A stretch of 64,000 nt of DNA from an uncultured Nitrososphaerales archaeon (GCA_963709405.1 CAVPXM010000063.1:64001-128000); one strand, 5' to 3'. Counted from the stretch's first letter, positions 52,865-63,964 are shown. A program made the numbers and translations. Notes: generated from the sequence alone by a model not told the origin.

Positions 52865-53942
52865 TTTTTCTTCCGATATAGATATCATATCTCAAAGGAA
52901 GAAAGAGGGCATAGAGATACCGTTACATAGAAATGTTCAAGCAAGATTGACGTCGACACATCTAGAATTCGTTAAATTCGTACATAACGCCTTGCCAGAG
53001 ATCGATTATGACGAAATTGATACTTCAACTACATTTTTAAACACTCCCTTCCGTGCTCCCATTATGATAGATTCTATGACTGGCGGAACAAATGAGGCGA
53101 CAAAAATAAATGCCAGATTAGGGAATCTTGCCGAAAAGTATGGATTTGCAATGGGTGTTGGCAGTCAACGTGCAGGTCTACTAAATGAGAAGATGGCTGA
53201 CACCTATTTGGTAGCTCGAAGGAATGCACCTAATGCGTTTTTAATTGCCAATATCGGTGGGGCTCAATTGGCGAAGGGCTTGGGTATAGACGAGATTGAA
53301 AAGATCATAGACATGATTAAGGCCAATGCCTTGGCTATCCATCTTAATCCATTGCAAGAGCTTATTCAACCTGAGGGAGAACCGAAATATAAAGGGGTCC
53401 TAGAAAGGATTTCTGATGTAATCAAGGATGTTTCAGTTCCTGTCATAGTAAAGGAGGTGGGTGCAGGAATCTCTAGAGAGGTCGCACTACGATTGGAAAA
53501 GGTTGGCGTATCAGCCATAAATATAGCTGGCACTGGTGGCACGAGCTGGGCAGCCGTAGAAAAGATTCGTGCTGAATCAGTAATGGATAGTACCAGGATT
53601 CATTTAGGAGAATTGTTTTGGGATTGGGGAATACCTACAGCTGTTAGTGTAATGGAGGTAGGAAGCGTGCTCGAGCACACGCCCATTATAGCTTCAGGCG
53701 GATTGCGCAGTGGTTTAGACATGGCCAAATGTATAGCGTTGGGTTCGACGATGTGCGCAATGGCATATCCATTTCTGCGACAAGCTGATGAATCCATGGA
53801 GAAGCTGTTAACCTTTGCTGATACAGTGTTGGCCGAGTCTAAAGATACCATGTTCCTGATAGGCGCGAGGAATGTTCAAGCAATTAAGAGCTCAAGATAT
53901 ATATTGACAGGAGCTTTAGCAACAAGAGTCGAAGATAGATGA
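52848..53942 (+). CDS. fni: Type 2 isopentenyl-diphosphate isomerase
   Basis: SMTGG, GSQR, NIG, HLNPLQE..QPEG, KEVG.G, GGTSW, SGGLR. Confidence 0.96.
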   Translation: MPDTSDFSSDIDIISQRKKEGIEIPLHRNVQARLTSTHLEFVKFVHNALPEIDYDEIDTSTTFLNTPFRAPIMIDSMTGGTNEATKINARLGNLAEKYGFAMGVGSQRAGLLNEKMADTYLVARRNAPNAFLIANIGGAQLAKGLGIDEIEKIIDMIKANALAIHLNPLQELIQPEGEPKYKGVLERISDVIKDVSVPVIVKEVGAGISREVALRLEKVGVSAINIAGTGGTSWAAVEKIRAESVMDSTRIHLGELFWDWGIPTAVSVMEVGSVLEHTPIIASGGLRSGLDMAKCIALGSTMCAMAYPFLRQADESMEKLLTFADTVLAESKDTMFLIGARNVQAIKSSRYILTGALATRVEDR

Positions 53943-54948
53943 ATCTGGCTAATATTCAAGATGAGCTAGAAGCTAATGCATCTACAGTTAGCCAGTTTAT
54001 CCTATCTTCCCTAAAAGGTGAACCGAACGAGTTGTACGAGGCTTCAGCGCACTATATCGTCAGTGGTGGTAAACGTTTGCGTCCTTTTCTAGTAACAAAG
54101 TCTTGTGAAATGTTTGGAGGGACACCAAAAGTTGCATTACCAGCAGCTGCGGCTGTTGAGTTGATTCACAATTTTTCTCTGGTACACGATGACATAATGG
54201 ATAATGATGACGTGCGGCATGGGGTCCCAACGGTACATAAATCCTATGGTACCGCGCTTGCGATATTAGCCGGAGACATACTCTTTTCCAAAGCCTTCCA
54301 ACTCATCTCTGTAGATGGGAAGAAGGCTGGGATTGATGACAGAGCCATAGCGACTATGATTGCCAAGCTAGCAACTGCTTGCATATATGTTTGTGAAGGT
54401 CAGGCAATAGACATAGGGCTTGCCTCCAATCAAAGGTCTTTTCCAGAACCAACATACTTAAACATGATAACTAAGAAGACAGCTCGCTCTATTCGATCTT
54501 TCATGCACGCTCGGTGTCCTGTCTGCACCCTTATCCAGTGACTTTGACATCCAAAATTTATCCTCTTTTGGGCTGAATGTTGGAATCGCTTTTCAACTAA
54601 TTGATGACTTGTTAGGCGTAACCGGAGATCCAAAAATCACTGGCAAGTCAGTAGGTAATGATTTGCGAGAAGGCAAAAAGACATTCCCTATTCAACTAGC
54701 GCTTAACAGTACGGAGGGGGAAAAAAGGCGTAAGATTCTACGCGTACTTGGAACCAAAAAAACCACAAACTACGAAATAAGTGAGGCGGTAGAATCAATC
54801 TGTTCGTCTGGGATTGACTTTCACATTAGAAACATAGCTGAGATCTCATATTGAAGCCGCTCTTCGCTCAATTGATGGCTACACAAACTCTGCATCTAAA
54901 AGAGCATTGCAGCTGTCCGCAAATTTCGTAGTGGAAAGGAGTCTGTAA
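53939..54948 (+). CDS. idsA: Geranylgeranyl diphosphate synthase (several frameshifts in the 3' half)
   Basis: GGKRLRP, HDDIMD...RHG, GQAID and KT, then FQLIDDLL, GK..GNDLREGKKT, ending FVVERSL*. Confidence 0.88.
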
Positions 54949-54955
54949 TTCATTA

Positions 54956-56686
54956 TTGTCTCTAGATAGTTCAGTCGAACGAGTAATCAAAATACTGACT
55001 TTAAGAAATGCATTAGAATACGACGGGAAAGCCAAGCTTGAAGCCGTCATTTCTAAAACGATGGCGTCTAGGCCTGATCTACGCAGTAATATTAGGAGCA
55101 TAATTCCAGAGGTCATGCGCTTGTTAAACCAGATCAACTCACTTGGTCTAAATGAGCAAAAGGCTCTTCTTGAGCAAATGTCCCCAACCGATGATGGTAA
55201 GAAACACACTGAAAAGGCCTCTTCAAGTCTTCCGCCATTATACGGCGCTGAAATGGGAAAGGTGGTCACACGATTTCCTCCAGAACCCAATGGCTATCCT
55301 CATATCGGACACGCCAAAGCAGCGATAATCGACGACGAATATGCTAGAATGTACAATGGGAAATTCATATTGCGTTTTGACGATACAAACCCATTAGCAG
55401 AGAAGACTGAGTATTACGAAGCGATAAAGGAGGGCATAGAGTGGTTGGGGATTAGACCAGACATAATAAAAAATGCTTCCGATGACATATATATTTTACA
55501 AGACTACGGAAAAAAACTAGCCACGAACCGCGGCGCGTATGTGTGCCGCTGCGACCAAAAAACCGTCCAAGAGCTTAGAGCAAAGGGTCTAGAGTGCGTA
55601 TGTAGGAGTGAGGTCGATGACTTCGACAAAGTGTTGACAGAAATGTTTAATGGATCCTATGAACCAAATGAGGCGACAATTAGATTTAAGGGAGATATGG
55701 GCAGCCCCAATACAGTAATGAGAGACCCAACATTATTTCGAATTATTGAGGGGAATCATCCACTTTTGGGCACTAGTATACGTGTATATCCGACGTACGA
55801 TTTTGCTGCTCCAGTGGAGGATAGTCTTGATGGTGTGACTCATGCAATGAGAACTAAAGAGTATGAGCTACGAAATGAATTGTATAATGCAATTCTGGAT
55901 AGGCTTCATCTTCGAAAGCCTTTTGTTTCAGAATTTTCTAGATTAGAGTTTGAGGGTTTGCCGGTTTCTAAACGCAAGATAAAGCCATTGATAGAAAATA
56001 ATTCGTTGACTGGCTGGGATGATCCTCGTTTGCCAACCTTAATAGCTCTTAAAAGGAGGGGTTTCCTTCCGGAGGCAATTAGAAGGTACGTTTTGTCTCT
56101 TGGTTGGACGTTGTCTGAATCAAAACCCCCATTCGAAAGTTTAGAAGCTTTCAACAGGAAGATTATAGACGATGTATCTATGAGATTATTCTTTGTTCGC
56201 GATCCGATAGAACTGAAAATAAGAAATGCACGTCCTGTGAATGTCGCTCTCAAAAATCACCCATCAGCAAGGATGGGATCAAGAACAGTAAATGTCACTG
56301 ACAGCCTCTATATAGCTAGTGAGGATGCCAACAAATTATCAGTGGGTAGCATTATTAGACTGATGGAGTTATATAACGTAAAAATAACGGATATTCAACA
56401 TGCCGCTGGTAAGGCTCATCTGGATGCAAATGTGATTGGTACCGATTTGACTCATGAGATTCAGAAGATCCAGTGGATCGCGTCGGGCGACAAAATACCA
56501 TATAGCATCATTATTCCCAAGAAACTATTTTCGAACGAAGAGTTTGATCGAAATAGTCTACAAATAGCACGCGGATATGCTGAATCGTTCGTTTCCACCC
56601 TTCCATTGCATACAAGCGTTCAATTCGTGAGATATGGATTTTGTAGATTAGATGGTGATCAACAGGCTATTTTTACACATAGGTAG
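54956..56686 (+). CDS. gltX: Glutamyl-tRNA synthetase (archaeal)
   Basis: RFPPEPNGYPHIGH, RFDDTNP, VSKR, WDDPRLPT, QFVRYGF. Confidence 0.96.
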   Translation: MSLDSSVERVIKILTLRNALEYDGKAKLEAVISKTMASRPDLRSNIRSIIPEVMRLLNQINSLGLNEQKALLEQMSPTDDGKKHTEKASSSLPPLYGAEMGKVVTRFPPEPNGYPHIGHAKAAIIDDEYARMYNGKFILRFDDTNPLAEKTEYYEAIKEGIEWLGIRPDIIKNASDDIYILQDYGKKLATNRGAYVCRCDQKTVQELRAKGLECVCRSEVDDFDKVLTEMFNGSYEPNEATIRFKGDMGSPNTVMRDPTLFRIIEGNHPLLGTSIRVYPTYDFAAPVEDSLDGVTHAMRTKEYELRNELYNAILDRLHLRKPFVSEFSRLEFEGLPVSKRKIKPLIENNSLTGWDDPRLPTLIALKRRGFLPEAIRRYVLSLGWTLSESKPPFESLEAFNRKIIDDVSMRLFFVRDPIELKIRNARPVNVALKNHPSARMGSRTVNVTDSLYIASEDANKLSVGSIIRLMELYNVKITDIQHAAGKAHLDANVIGTDLTHEIQKIQWIASGDKIPYSIIIPKKLFSNEEFDRNSLQIARGYAESFVSTLPLHTSVQFVRYGFCRLDGDQQAIFTHR

Positions 56687-56696
56687 AAAGTAATTC

Positions 56697-57566
56697 ATGA
56701 AGATTGCTAGATTACATGATAAAATATATGGAGATAGCTATGGCTTAGTTTCAAGTGACGGGCAAAGGATAGCGACTAGAGCAGATATTCAAGAGCAGAC
56801 AGGTATTCCTATCCCACCTAGCGTAAAAGAATTTATGTTTAAGGGCTGGATCGAAGAACTTAATGTGTACAAGTATGAACTGGAGTATAATCAATATGTT
56901 AAAGACATTGAACTGCTAGCTCCGTTACCAAATCCTCCAAAAATCGTCTGTCTAGCATTTAATTATTATGACCACGCAAGAGACGCTGGGCTCACTCCAT
57001 CTGACGAGCCCGTAATCTTCATAAAGCCAAGAACTGCACTGAATTCACCTTTCAATGATATAATTTGTCCGAGATTTGTTAAGCGGCTCGACTACGAAGC
57101 AGAAATTGCTGCTATAATTGGAAAGGATATTAAGAAAGTATCTGAAGATAACTCTTTGGATTCAGTATTTGGATACATGATCCTGCACGACGTTTCAGCA
57201 AGGGACATTCAATTTAAGGATAAGCAATTCACTCGAGGGAAAAGCATCGATACTTTCGCCCCATGTGGACCATGGATCACAACAAGGGATGAAGTGGATG
57301 ATCCTCAGAATCTAAGAATTATAACTAAGGTGAATGGAGAGACAAGACAGGACTCTTCTAGCGGTAATATGGTACTTCCCATAAAGAGGATTATCTCAAG
57401 TCTGAGTTCTGTTATGACCATTGAAGCTGGGGATATAATTTCAACTGGCACCCCTGCTGGCGTCGCAATGTCTATGAAAGAACCAAAATACTTGAAGGAT
57501 GGCGATGTCGTAGAAATCGCCATTGAGAAGCTAGGGATGATTAGAAATCGTGTTGTATTTGCCTGA
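56697..57566 (+). CDS. Fumarylacetoacetate hydrolase family protein
   Basis: NYYDHA, DYEAE, HDVSARD, GKSIDTF.PCGP, TGTPAGV. Confidence 0.93.
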   Translation: MKIARLHDKIYGDSYGLVSSDGQRIATRADIQEQTGIPIPPSVKEFMFKGWIEELNVYKYELEYNQYVKDIELLAPLPNPPKIVCLAFNYYDHARDAGLTPSDEPVIFIKPRTALNSPFNDIICPRFVKRLDYEAEIAAIIGKDIKKVSEDNSLDSVFGYMILHDVSARDIQFKDKQFTRGKSIDTFAPCGPWITTRDEVDDPQNLRIITKVNGETRQDSSSGNMVLPIKRIISSLSSVMTIEAGDIISTGTPAGVAMSMKEPKYLKDGDVVEIAIEKLGMIRNRVVFA

Positions 57567-58202
57567 CCAAAATTCTCGGTTATCAGGCTTTGCAATATTA
57601 TTTCAATCTTAAGGCGAAATGCATCATAACTAGCTGATTCTTATGCAATATGTGTCATACTTAAAATGAACTTTTTGGTTATTAACCATAAACTACCTCA
57701 GTTAACATCATAATTCACTCGATTCAGGTACCTTTTACATTTATCCTATTTCAAGTAAATAATCTGAGCCCTTTAATCCTAATGTAAAGATGTCGCAAAC
57801 CTATACTCATACTTTTTTATTTAAATGGCCTATGAACTGGGCAAGGCATTAGCGGAATGATCGAATTAGCCAATTAGCTTCAATTCGTCGTGGATATTTG
57901 TGGAAATGGGAGCCACTCTGAGTAACTCAAATCTTTGAAAGGGGTAGACCTGCGTAATAACGATGTCTTTAAAGCAGATACTTGAGATGATTGGAGACCT
58001 GCGTGGATTAGAACATAGATCTCCGAAGATTTTTTTCGAAGATATCTCATTTAACAGATCATGTTAACCAAAATGAATACCTTTTAAAATTTGATAATGG
58101 ACAATCCTGCTGAGACACAAGTAATAGATCGTTGCATTAACGAATTCTCCAATGAACTCTTGCCACAGTTTAAGTATGGCAAAATAAATCTGTCTGGTAC
58201 TC

Positions 58203-58784
58203 GTGTTTAGCAAGTCATCCTGCACAATACTAGTCGTTGACAATCTTTCACCATTCACAAAAGATATATTAAATTGCCTGAATTTACTCAAAGTAAAGCA
58301 TTTATGTAAAAAGTTTTATGAATTGCAGGGGCTAACTCAAAACGAAGAGGGACAGTACGATAAGGTCATCTTGTCCGGTAGACAAGTGAACTGTAAAATG
58401 AGCAATGCTGTGAATTCCTCACTTTTAAAAAAGTGTATAAATAACAACATCCCCACGCTAGGTATTTGTTTTGGGGGGCAAATAATCGCCCTAACATTTG
58501 GAGGATCCATAAAAAGAATGGATCATCCTATTCGCCAAATAGTACCAATAGATATTTTAAAAACTAGCCCCATTGTGCCATGCGAGAGAAGCATTGATGT
58601 GTTTGAGAGCCATGGCTATAATATTGCCAAACTACCAAAGGATTTTGTTTGTATAGGGTCATCAATATTATGTCAGAATGAGATTATAGCTCATAGATCA
58701 AAAATGATCTTTGGAGTACAATTCCATCCGGAAAGAAGTGGAAGAGATGGCTTAAGGTTAATAAAAAACTTTGTTGAGATGTAG
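58203..58784 (+). CDS. Class I glutamine amidotransferase (GMP synthase A-like)
   Basis: ILSG, LGICFGGQ, ESH and GVQFHPE (Cys-His-Glu triad). Confidence 0.9.
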   Translation: MFSKSSCTILVVDNLSPFTKDILNCLNLLKVKHLCKKFYELQGLTQNEEGQYDKVILSGRQVNCKMSNAVNSSLLKKCINNNIPTLGICFGGQIIALTFGGSIKRMDHPIRQIVPIDILKTSPIVPCERSIDVFESHGYNIAKLPKDFVCIGSSILCQNEIIAHRSKMIFGVQFHPERSGRDGLRLIKNFVEM

Positions 58785-58832
58785 AGGATAGACAGCAATG
58801 ATATTTATTTGCTTATCTAACCAATTGTAATT

Positions 58833-59792
58833 ATGCATTCTCAAACTGAAGATCAAATGATTCACTTGCCGCTTGTAGGAAAGGAAACCGAACACGTGTG
58901 CCTTCCATTGGTGGTAAATGTCATTTCTAAATATTGGGGTGAAGAAATTAATCCAGATGAAGCCGATATTAGAGCAAAAAAGTATGAGGGTGTAAGAGGC
59001 ACGATGATGATAGAAGGAATTGAATTGGCTGAAAATCACGGCTTAATTTCATATATTTACAAGGGTTCGCTGAAGGATCTGAAAAAAAGAATAGATCAGG
59101 GTATCCCATCAATCGTGATAATGCCTGGTATACAGGAAACGATTCAGCATGCTTCGATAGTATGTGGTTATAGTAAGGATGAAAGGAGAATCTTTACTTA
59201 TGTTCCAGAACCTGATACAATCGGAGCCATTCCAGAAACTTTGTTCGAAAGCGATTGGGAACAAGAAGACATGACTACAATAGTCATTGTTCCTAAAGAT
59301 ATAGGAGAAATTCTCGAGAAGGAGAATTTAAAGTTCCGAAATTCAAATAGAGTATGTTTCGAAGTAGAGAAGTTAAAATATCAGCTGTCTATTAATGATG
59401 TGATACAGAAATTAAAATTAGCTCTAAGTAAAGAGAACGACAACCCTCAAGCATGGTATATTCTAGGATCTCTATATAACGAGAGTAATCTTTCGGAATG
59501 TATTAGCTGTTATGAACAAACCATCTCACTTAATGCGAAATACTATCTGGCACACCGAGGACTGGGAAATTATTTTCTAAAAAACAAGGACTTTCTTAAA
59601 GCTGAAGATCATTATACGAAGGCGATAGATATTAGTTCTAAGCGGTATGCTCCTATTTATAAAAATCGTGCGGTAGCTAGGACCGAGATTGGTAAAAACA
59701 AGGAAGCCAAACAAGATTTAACTGAATATCTTACGCAGCTTCCTAATGCTCACGATAGGGCCTCTGTTGAGGAAGCAATAAGGCAGATTTAA
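58833..59792 (+). CDS. C39-like peptidase domain plus TPR repeats
   Basis: HVCLP...YWG, GIPSIV, HASIVCGY; C-terminal TPR patterns (AWYILG..Y, AHRGLGNY, YKNRA). Confidence 0.75.
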   Translation: MHSQTEDQMIHLPLVGKETEHVCLPLVVNVISKYWGEEINPDEADIRAKKYEGVRGTMMIEGIELAENHGLISYIYKGSLKDLKKRIDQGIPSIVIMPGIQETIQHASIVCGYSKDERRIFTYVPEPDTIGAIPETLFESDWEQEDMTTIVIVPKDIGEILEKENLKFRNSNRVCFEVEKLKYQLSINDVIQKLKLALSKENDNPQAWYILGSLYNESNLSECISCYEQTISLNAKYYLAHRGLGNYFLKNKDFLKAEDHYTKAIDISSKRYAPIYKNRAVARTEIGKNKEAKQDLTEYLTQLPNAHDRASVEEAIRQI

Positions 59793-59883
59793 TTCAGAAA
59801 ATCATGAGTCTTGTCTCAATTTTGTGTAGACCAGACAGCATATCTTATCGAAAGATACAAACTGCCACGAAGGTCGTTAAGGT

Positions 59884-61032
59884 ATGAATAGTGACGAAAC
59901 TGTTCTTTTAATCTTTCCGTCATATTGTACTGATATAAGAAGGGCCAAAATCTTACCTGTGGTCAAGAGACGGTTTGAGTTGAGAGATATATCAATACGT
60001 CAAATTACCTATGAGCAATCATGCATTGTTGTTGAAGGCGACAATTTAGTCGACGCAATGTCTTCTATTTCGGAAATTTATGGCATAGATGAAGTTGCAA
60101 TAGCAAATATGGTGAGTAATCAATTCCAAGATATTGTAAATTGCATAGTTAGAGTTGGAAAGCAAATAGTTGTTCCCAATTGCTCATTCTTCATTAAGAT
60201 TCTGGTTGGTATCAATGCGAAGGTGGATTTCGTAAGTAAAGATCTTCAGTTCGTGGCCTCGGGAAATCTTCTGACAGAAGCAGCAAATGACAAACACCCT
60301 TTGAAAATCGCTAGTGAAGAAAAAAGAGCTGATTACCAGATCAAGTGCTATGTCGGTAGGAATTCAAGTTATGTCTTCATTCATTCAGAAATTGGCCTTG
60401 GAGGCCTCCCATTTAACTATCAAGATCGTAAAGTATTGTCAAGTATTCATAATGTGGTATCGGCTGCGTCATGTCTGACGTCGCTGAAATGTGGACTAGT
60501 TCCAGACATCTGTCTCTTGTACCATGATGATCAAGAATTGAAGGAAAATGTTAAGCTCTTGGGCCATATAGCTAATCGCACTAACCTAACGAGACTAAAT
60601 CTAAAGGTTGGGCATATCAACAGTGTGACGAGAGATAGATCAGGCGAGGAATTTTTGGTCAACGAGGCACTAGCGATAACTCTACTTACTTTACTACCAG
60701 GTCGAAATATTGTCTTGCCATTAAACGTATTCATTCACCCTTTTTCATTTATAGAACTGACAACTCAGAAAATGAGACAAGTGAACAAAGTCATTTTAAC
60801 ACCACTTCTATTTCTCACAGGAGAGCTTTTCGACATCATTAAGACTCTCGGCACAGGGGATAGGTTAACCACCATAGACAAATTAAATCTGAATGTCACC
60901 GCTGACAGACAGCAGTCTAGAAAATGCTATGACAAAGTAGACAAATTGTCACAATCATTGCTTGACAACCTGAAGACTATCTCAGTTAAGATAGGACCTA
61001 ATTATATTCACGATATTATCGATGCCATCTAA
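59884..61032 (+). CDS. ThiI-like THUMP-domain protein with degenerate PP-loop
   Basis: YGIDEV, THUMP-like region and GLGGLP linker; SGGxDS absent. Confidence 0.65.
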   Translation: MNSDETVLLIFPSYCTDIRRAKILPVVKRRFELRDISIRQITYEQSCIVVEGDNLVDAMSSISEIYGIDEVAIANMVSNQFQDIVNCIVRVGKQIVVPNCSFFIKILVGINAKVDFVSKDLQFVASGNLLTEAANDKHPLKIASEEKRADYQIKCYVGRNSSYVFIHSEIGLGGLPFNYQDRKVLSSIHNVVSAASCLTSLKCGLVPDICLLYHDDQELKENVKLLGHIANRTNLTRLNLKVGHINSVTRDRSGEEFLVNEALAITLLTLLPGRNIVLPLNVFIHPFSFIELTTQKMRQVNKVILTPLLFLTGELFDIIKTLGTGDRLTTIDKLNLNVTADRQQSRKCYDKVDKLSQSLLDNLKTISVKIGPNYIHDIIDAI

Positions 61033-62196
61033 ATTACCACTCAGCTTCATCAATTCTGTAGCCTTTCTGTAAACGGAACGATCGGCTAACAAGCGATGGA
61101 CAGTCTCGACAAGATTTTTTGGATTCATTTGATCTGACGGAATCATTGCACCAATGCCTATTTCAGATACTTTTTCAGAATTTCCTATTTGTTCACCATG
61201 ATTCTCTATGGGAATAGTCAGCATGGGCTTACCAAACTGAATAGCTTGAGAGATTACCGCGTGACCACCTCTAATCACCAGTAAATTACTGACAGCGAAA
61301 ATCTCATCCCGCACCGGACACCATTCATAATACCATCCGTTCGCTGCCATCCTCCTCGGTTCAGGTTCACCATTTGGGTTCCCACCAGAGACGATATACT
61401 GTATGTCTGGTCCGAGTGACTTGCAAGCTATAAGGATATCCTGTAAAATTCGTGACCTTGTACGCTTAGGCCCACTTAAGTGGAAAAATACTATCGGTCG
61501 GGATCGATTCAGTCCTAAACAATGACACACCTTCTCAAGGCGCTCGTTGGTGATCACGGGTTTTGGAGAAGTGAAGCCAACATAACAAAGCCTACTGGCA
61601 ACTGTGCTAGTATCCCAGACGTTCCGTTCGGCTATTGTGTACGGTGGAGGCAAATCCGGAATTAGAATTTTATCCGCCAATCTCCACAACATGCCTAGGA
61701 ACTCACCATTCATTTTTTCATATAGTCTAGCCATCTTGAATGCCCTTAGTCTAGGCGAAAGTAACAGTTTCACCTGGTTGAGAACCACTACAGAGGGTAT
61801 TCCGAGAATCTTAGCAATTAATAGTGGAGACAGTCTCGTGTCTGAGACTATTATATCCGGAGAGTATGATACGATGTATCTCATTTCTGCATTTAGCTGA
61901 CGAGCAAAATTAGCAAACAGCCGAGGTATGCTTGCGATACTTCCTTTTATCGAAAAGCTCCCCTCTGAGCTCCATACTAATTCCACAGGAGGAACTTGCA
62001 TGCAATCATAACCGTGCATGAGGAGGTAGTTCACTGCCTCTCCAAAGGAGGAAAATCTTACTCCTGCTCCAGACTTTCGGAATTGCTCCGCCACCGCCAA
62101 AAGTCGACTTGCATGGCCGAGTCCTACACCGTACGGAGCAAAGTATATTCTCGCCAAACTAAGTAGCTGGTGAGGAAACCCATTCATATATTTCAT
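60982..62196 (-). CDS. GT-B glycosyltransferase (GT28/MurG-like)
   Basis: GVGLGHASR, PDIIVSD, RGGH..ISQA..FGKP, EQIGN. Confidence 0.88.
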   Translation of the reverse strand: MKYMNGFPHQLLSLARIYFAPYGVGLGHASRLLAVAEQFRKSGAGVRFSSFGEAVNYLLMHGYDCMQVPPVELVWSSEGSFSIKGSIASIPRLFANFARQLNAEMRYIVSYSPDIIVSDTRLSPLLIAKILGIPSVVVLNQVKLLLSPRLRAFKMARLYEKMNGEFLGMLWRLADKILIPDLPPPYTIAERNVWDTSTVASRLCYVGFTSPKPVITNERLEKVCHCLGLNRSRPIVFFHLSGPKRTRSRILQDILIACKSLGPDIQYIVSGGNPNGEPEPRRMAANGWYYEWCPVRDEIFAVSNLLVIRGGHAVISQAIQFGKPMLTIPIENHGEQIGNSEKVSEIGIGAMIPSDQMNPKNLVETVHRLLADRSVYRKATELMKLSGNLDGIDNIVNIIRSYLN

Positions 62197-62239
62197 AAGG
62201 CAAGAATAAGTCAGTATTGCTTCTCTGCTTATCTACTAG

Positions 62240-62852
62240 CTACTCGGCAAGACTTACCTTAACAATGCTCCCATTTGGATGGATTTCCCTGAATATAATG
62301 GCTTGAAATTTATATAATTTTGTCCGCGCCACTCGCCAGATCTCCGGCGGAGCTCCAGCTTTATAACAAAGATTAGTCAAGTATTCCTCGACACTCCATT
62401 CGTACTCCAAAGGAACCTGAGGCAAAAACAACCCAGACCCATATTCCCAAGTTAGAATCAATCCATCTGTCCCTATCATAATGTTATTTAGATATTCATC
62501 CGGTCTGTTCACGTTTATTTCTGATGGATTAGTCAATACACTGACTTCAAAAATAACACTCGACAGTTCGCTCATTGTTATCGATTTAAATCTAGGGTCA
62601 TGTATGGCAGGCAGCGATTGAGGCCTCCTTGATTGTAGAACATAAGTCTTTATCAGCATACGGGAATCCAATACATCCACGTAGCTCTAACTGCCCACGA
62701 ATACTCCAACTAAAAAGACTCACAAAGGCTCCAGCCTTGACGCTAAGGTCAATCAAACTGCAGTCAAACTTTTTCTTGGAAATATAGCTCTCAACCGTCA
62801 ATCGGGCAAGCTTTACTAATTCCTCACCTTCATAATCGGTTAAGATTGACAT
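62240..62852 (-). CDS. AMMECR1 family protein (frameshift near 62610)
   Basis: LARLTV, GAFVSL and LRGCIG, then DPRF, EVSVLT, GLFLPQV, LCYKAG. Confidence 0.9.
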
Positions 62853-62959
62853 GGCTATGTATTATGACGAGATTGAGAACCGATCGAAAGTGTCTTTATT
62901 GATAGTTCAGTTATCATGTTAACACATACTATTGAATGGCAAAACTGATCAACTTGTTG

Positions 62960-63964
62960 CTACTCTGAATTATCATCACTGAATATCAGCTTCATTTCTT
63001 CAAAGCTTAATTTTTCCCCGCTAGACATCTTTTTCACTGCAGCTTCCTTCAATAAATTCCATCTCTCTTGATTTTCTTTGTTTCTCTTATTTCTTTCTTG
63101 AATTGCCTCGTACCTGTCATCGTGTCTGCCGTGACTTCTCTGCCTTCTGTGACGATAGTCTGCAGCATGTGCGCGAGATTTCTTAAATTCTATCGCATTC
63201 AGCTGGGTATCTACCATTTCTAATTTAGCCTCGGCTTCACGAACTTCTCTAATGTTCTTTCTTCTATCTTCATAAAGGCTTTCACGTAAATTTAGCAAAG
63301 CATCCAAATCAGTTTTCAACTTACCAATCTTTTCTCCTAGATCTGCTCTACCATCGAATATTTTGTTCATTGTTGATTTCAGGACGTCGTATTCAGATGA
63401 AATCTGGCGATATTTGTCTTCTTTTTTATAGATTATTTTCATGGTATGCAGTTTGGTTGCTATCTGTTTAGATCTCAAAACTAGCTTGCGTTCCTCGTCC
63501 TTTGAAAGTTTTCTGATTTGTATGTCACGTTCTATTTGATCCAGTGCCCGACTAAGGTGTGCCATATTTAGTCTCTCCTTCCGTGCATTAGGGCCAACAG
63601 TGGATGCTTTATCATCCAGTGACTTCATTTGGTTCCTAGCATCAACCAGGGTGGTTTTAAGTTCGGTAAATTTCGACAGATGCAAATCCTTTTGTTCATT
63701 TATTTCTTTAAGCATAACGCGTAAGTCCTCAAGCTGGATTCTTCCCTCGTCGATCTGCTTCTTTGTGTCCTCTATTTTCTTATTTAATCCTTCGATGTGT
63801 TTTTCTCCACTTTTCTGTTCTTCCAAGAGTGTTTTCTTGAATTCCAATAATGTCTTGAGATTCGAATCTTGATTCTGTGTCGACGAACTATTACTTCGAT
63901 TCTTTTCTGCAGAAGCAGTAGATGGTCCTACCCTTGCCGCACTGCCAATTCCATTACTATACAT
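62960..63964 (-). CDS. Coiled-coil protein
   Basis: Heptad E/K/L-rich sequence throughout; C-terminal GEKLSFEEM resembles archaeal coiled-coil proteins. Confidence 0.75.
   Translation of the reverse strand: MYSNGIGSAARVGPSTASAEKNRSNSSSTQNQDSNLKTLLEFKKTLLEEQKSGEKHIEGLNKKIEDTKKQIDEGRIQLEDLRVMLKEINEQKDLHLSKFTELKTTLVDARNQMKSLDDKASTVGPNARKERLNMAHLSRALDQIERDIQIRKLSKDEERKLVLRSKQIATKLHTMKIIYKKEDKYRQISSEYDVLKSTMNKIFDGRADLGEKIGKLKTDLDALLNLRESLYEDRRKNIREVREAEAKLEMVDTQLNAIEFKKSRAHAADYRHRRQRSHGRHDDRYEAIQERNKRNKENQERWNLLKEAAVKKMSSGEKLSFEEMKLIFSDDNSE

Noticed and set aside
30780-54948. Programmed frameshifting or pseudogenisation of nuo, mvk, tld and idsA genes
   Set aside because: No shared slippery motif, the genes are largely essential, and the indels are scattered as expected for sequencing error.
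57830-58030. Possible cobalamin riboswitch (gccact, agacctgc motifs)
   Set aside because: The core GGGAA...AAxCC/CCCGCAACTGT elements are missing. The stretch translates better as a decayed pentapeptide-repeat fragment (GATLSNSNL, GVDLRN, GDLRG), itself too weak to annotate.
2359-63872. Short antisense ORFs overlapping housekeeping genes (e.g. 4397-4843, 8553-8981, 44259-44714, 54868-55290)
   Set aside because: They lie opposite confidently assigned genes and show no recognisable motifs.
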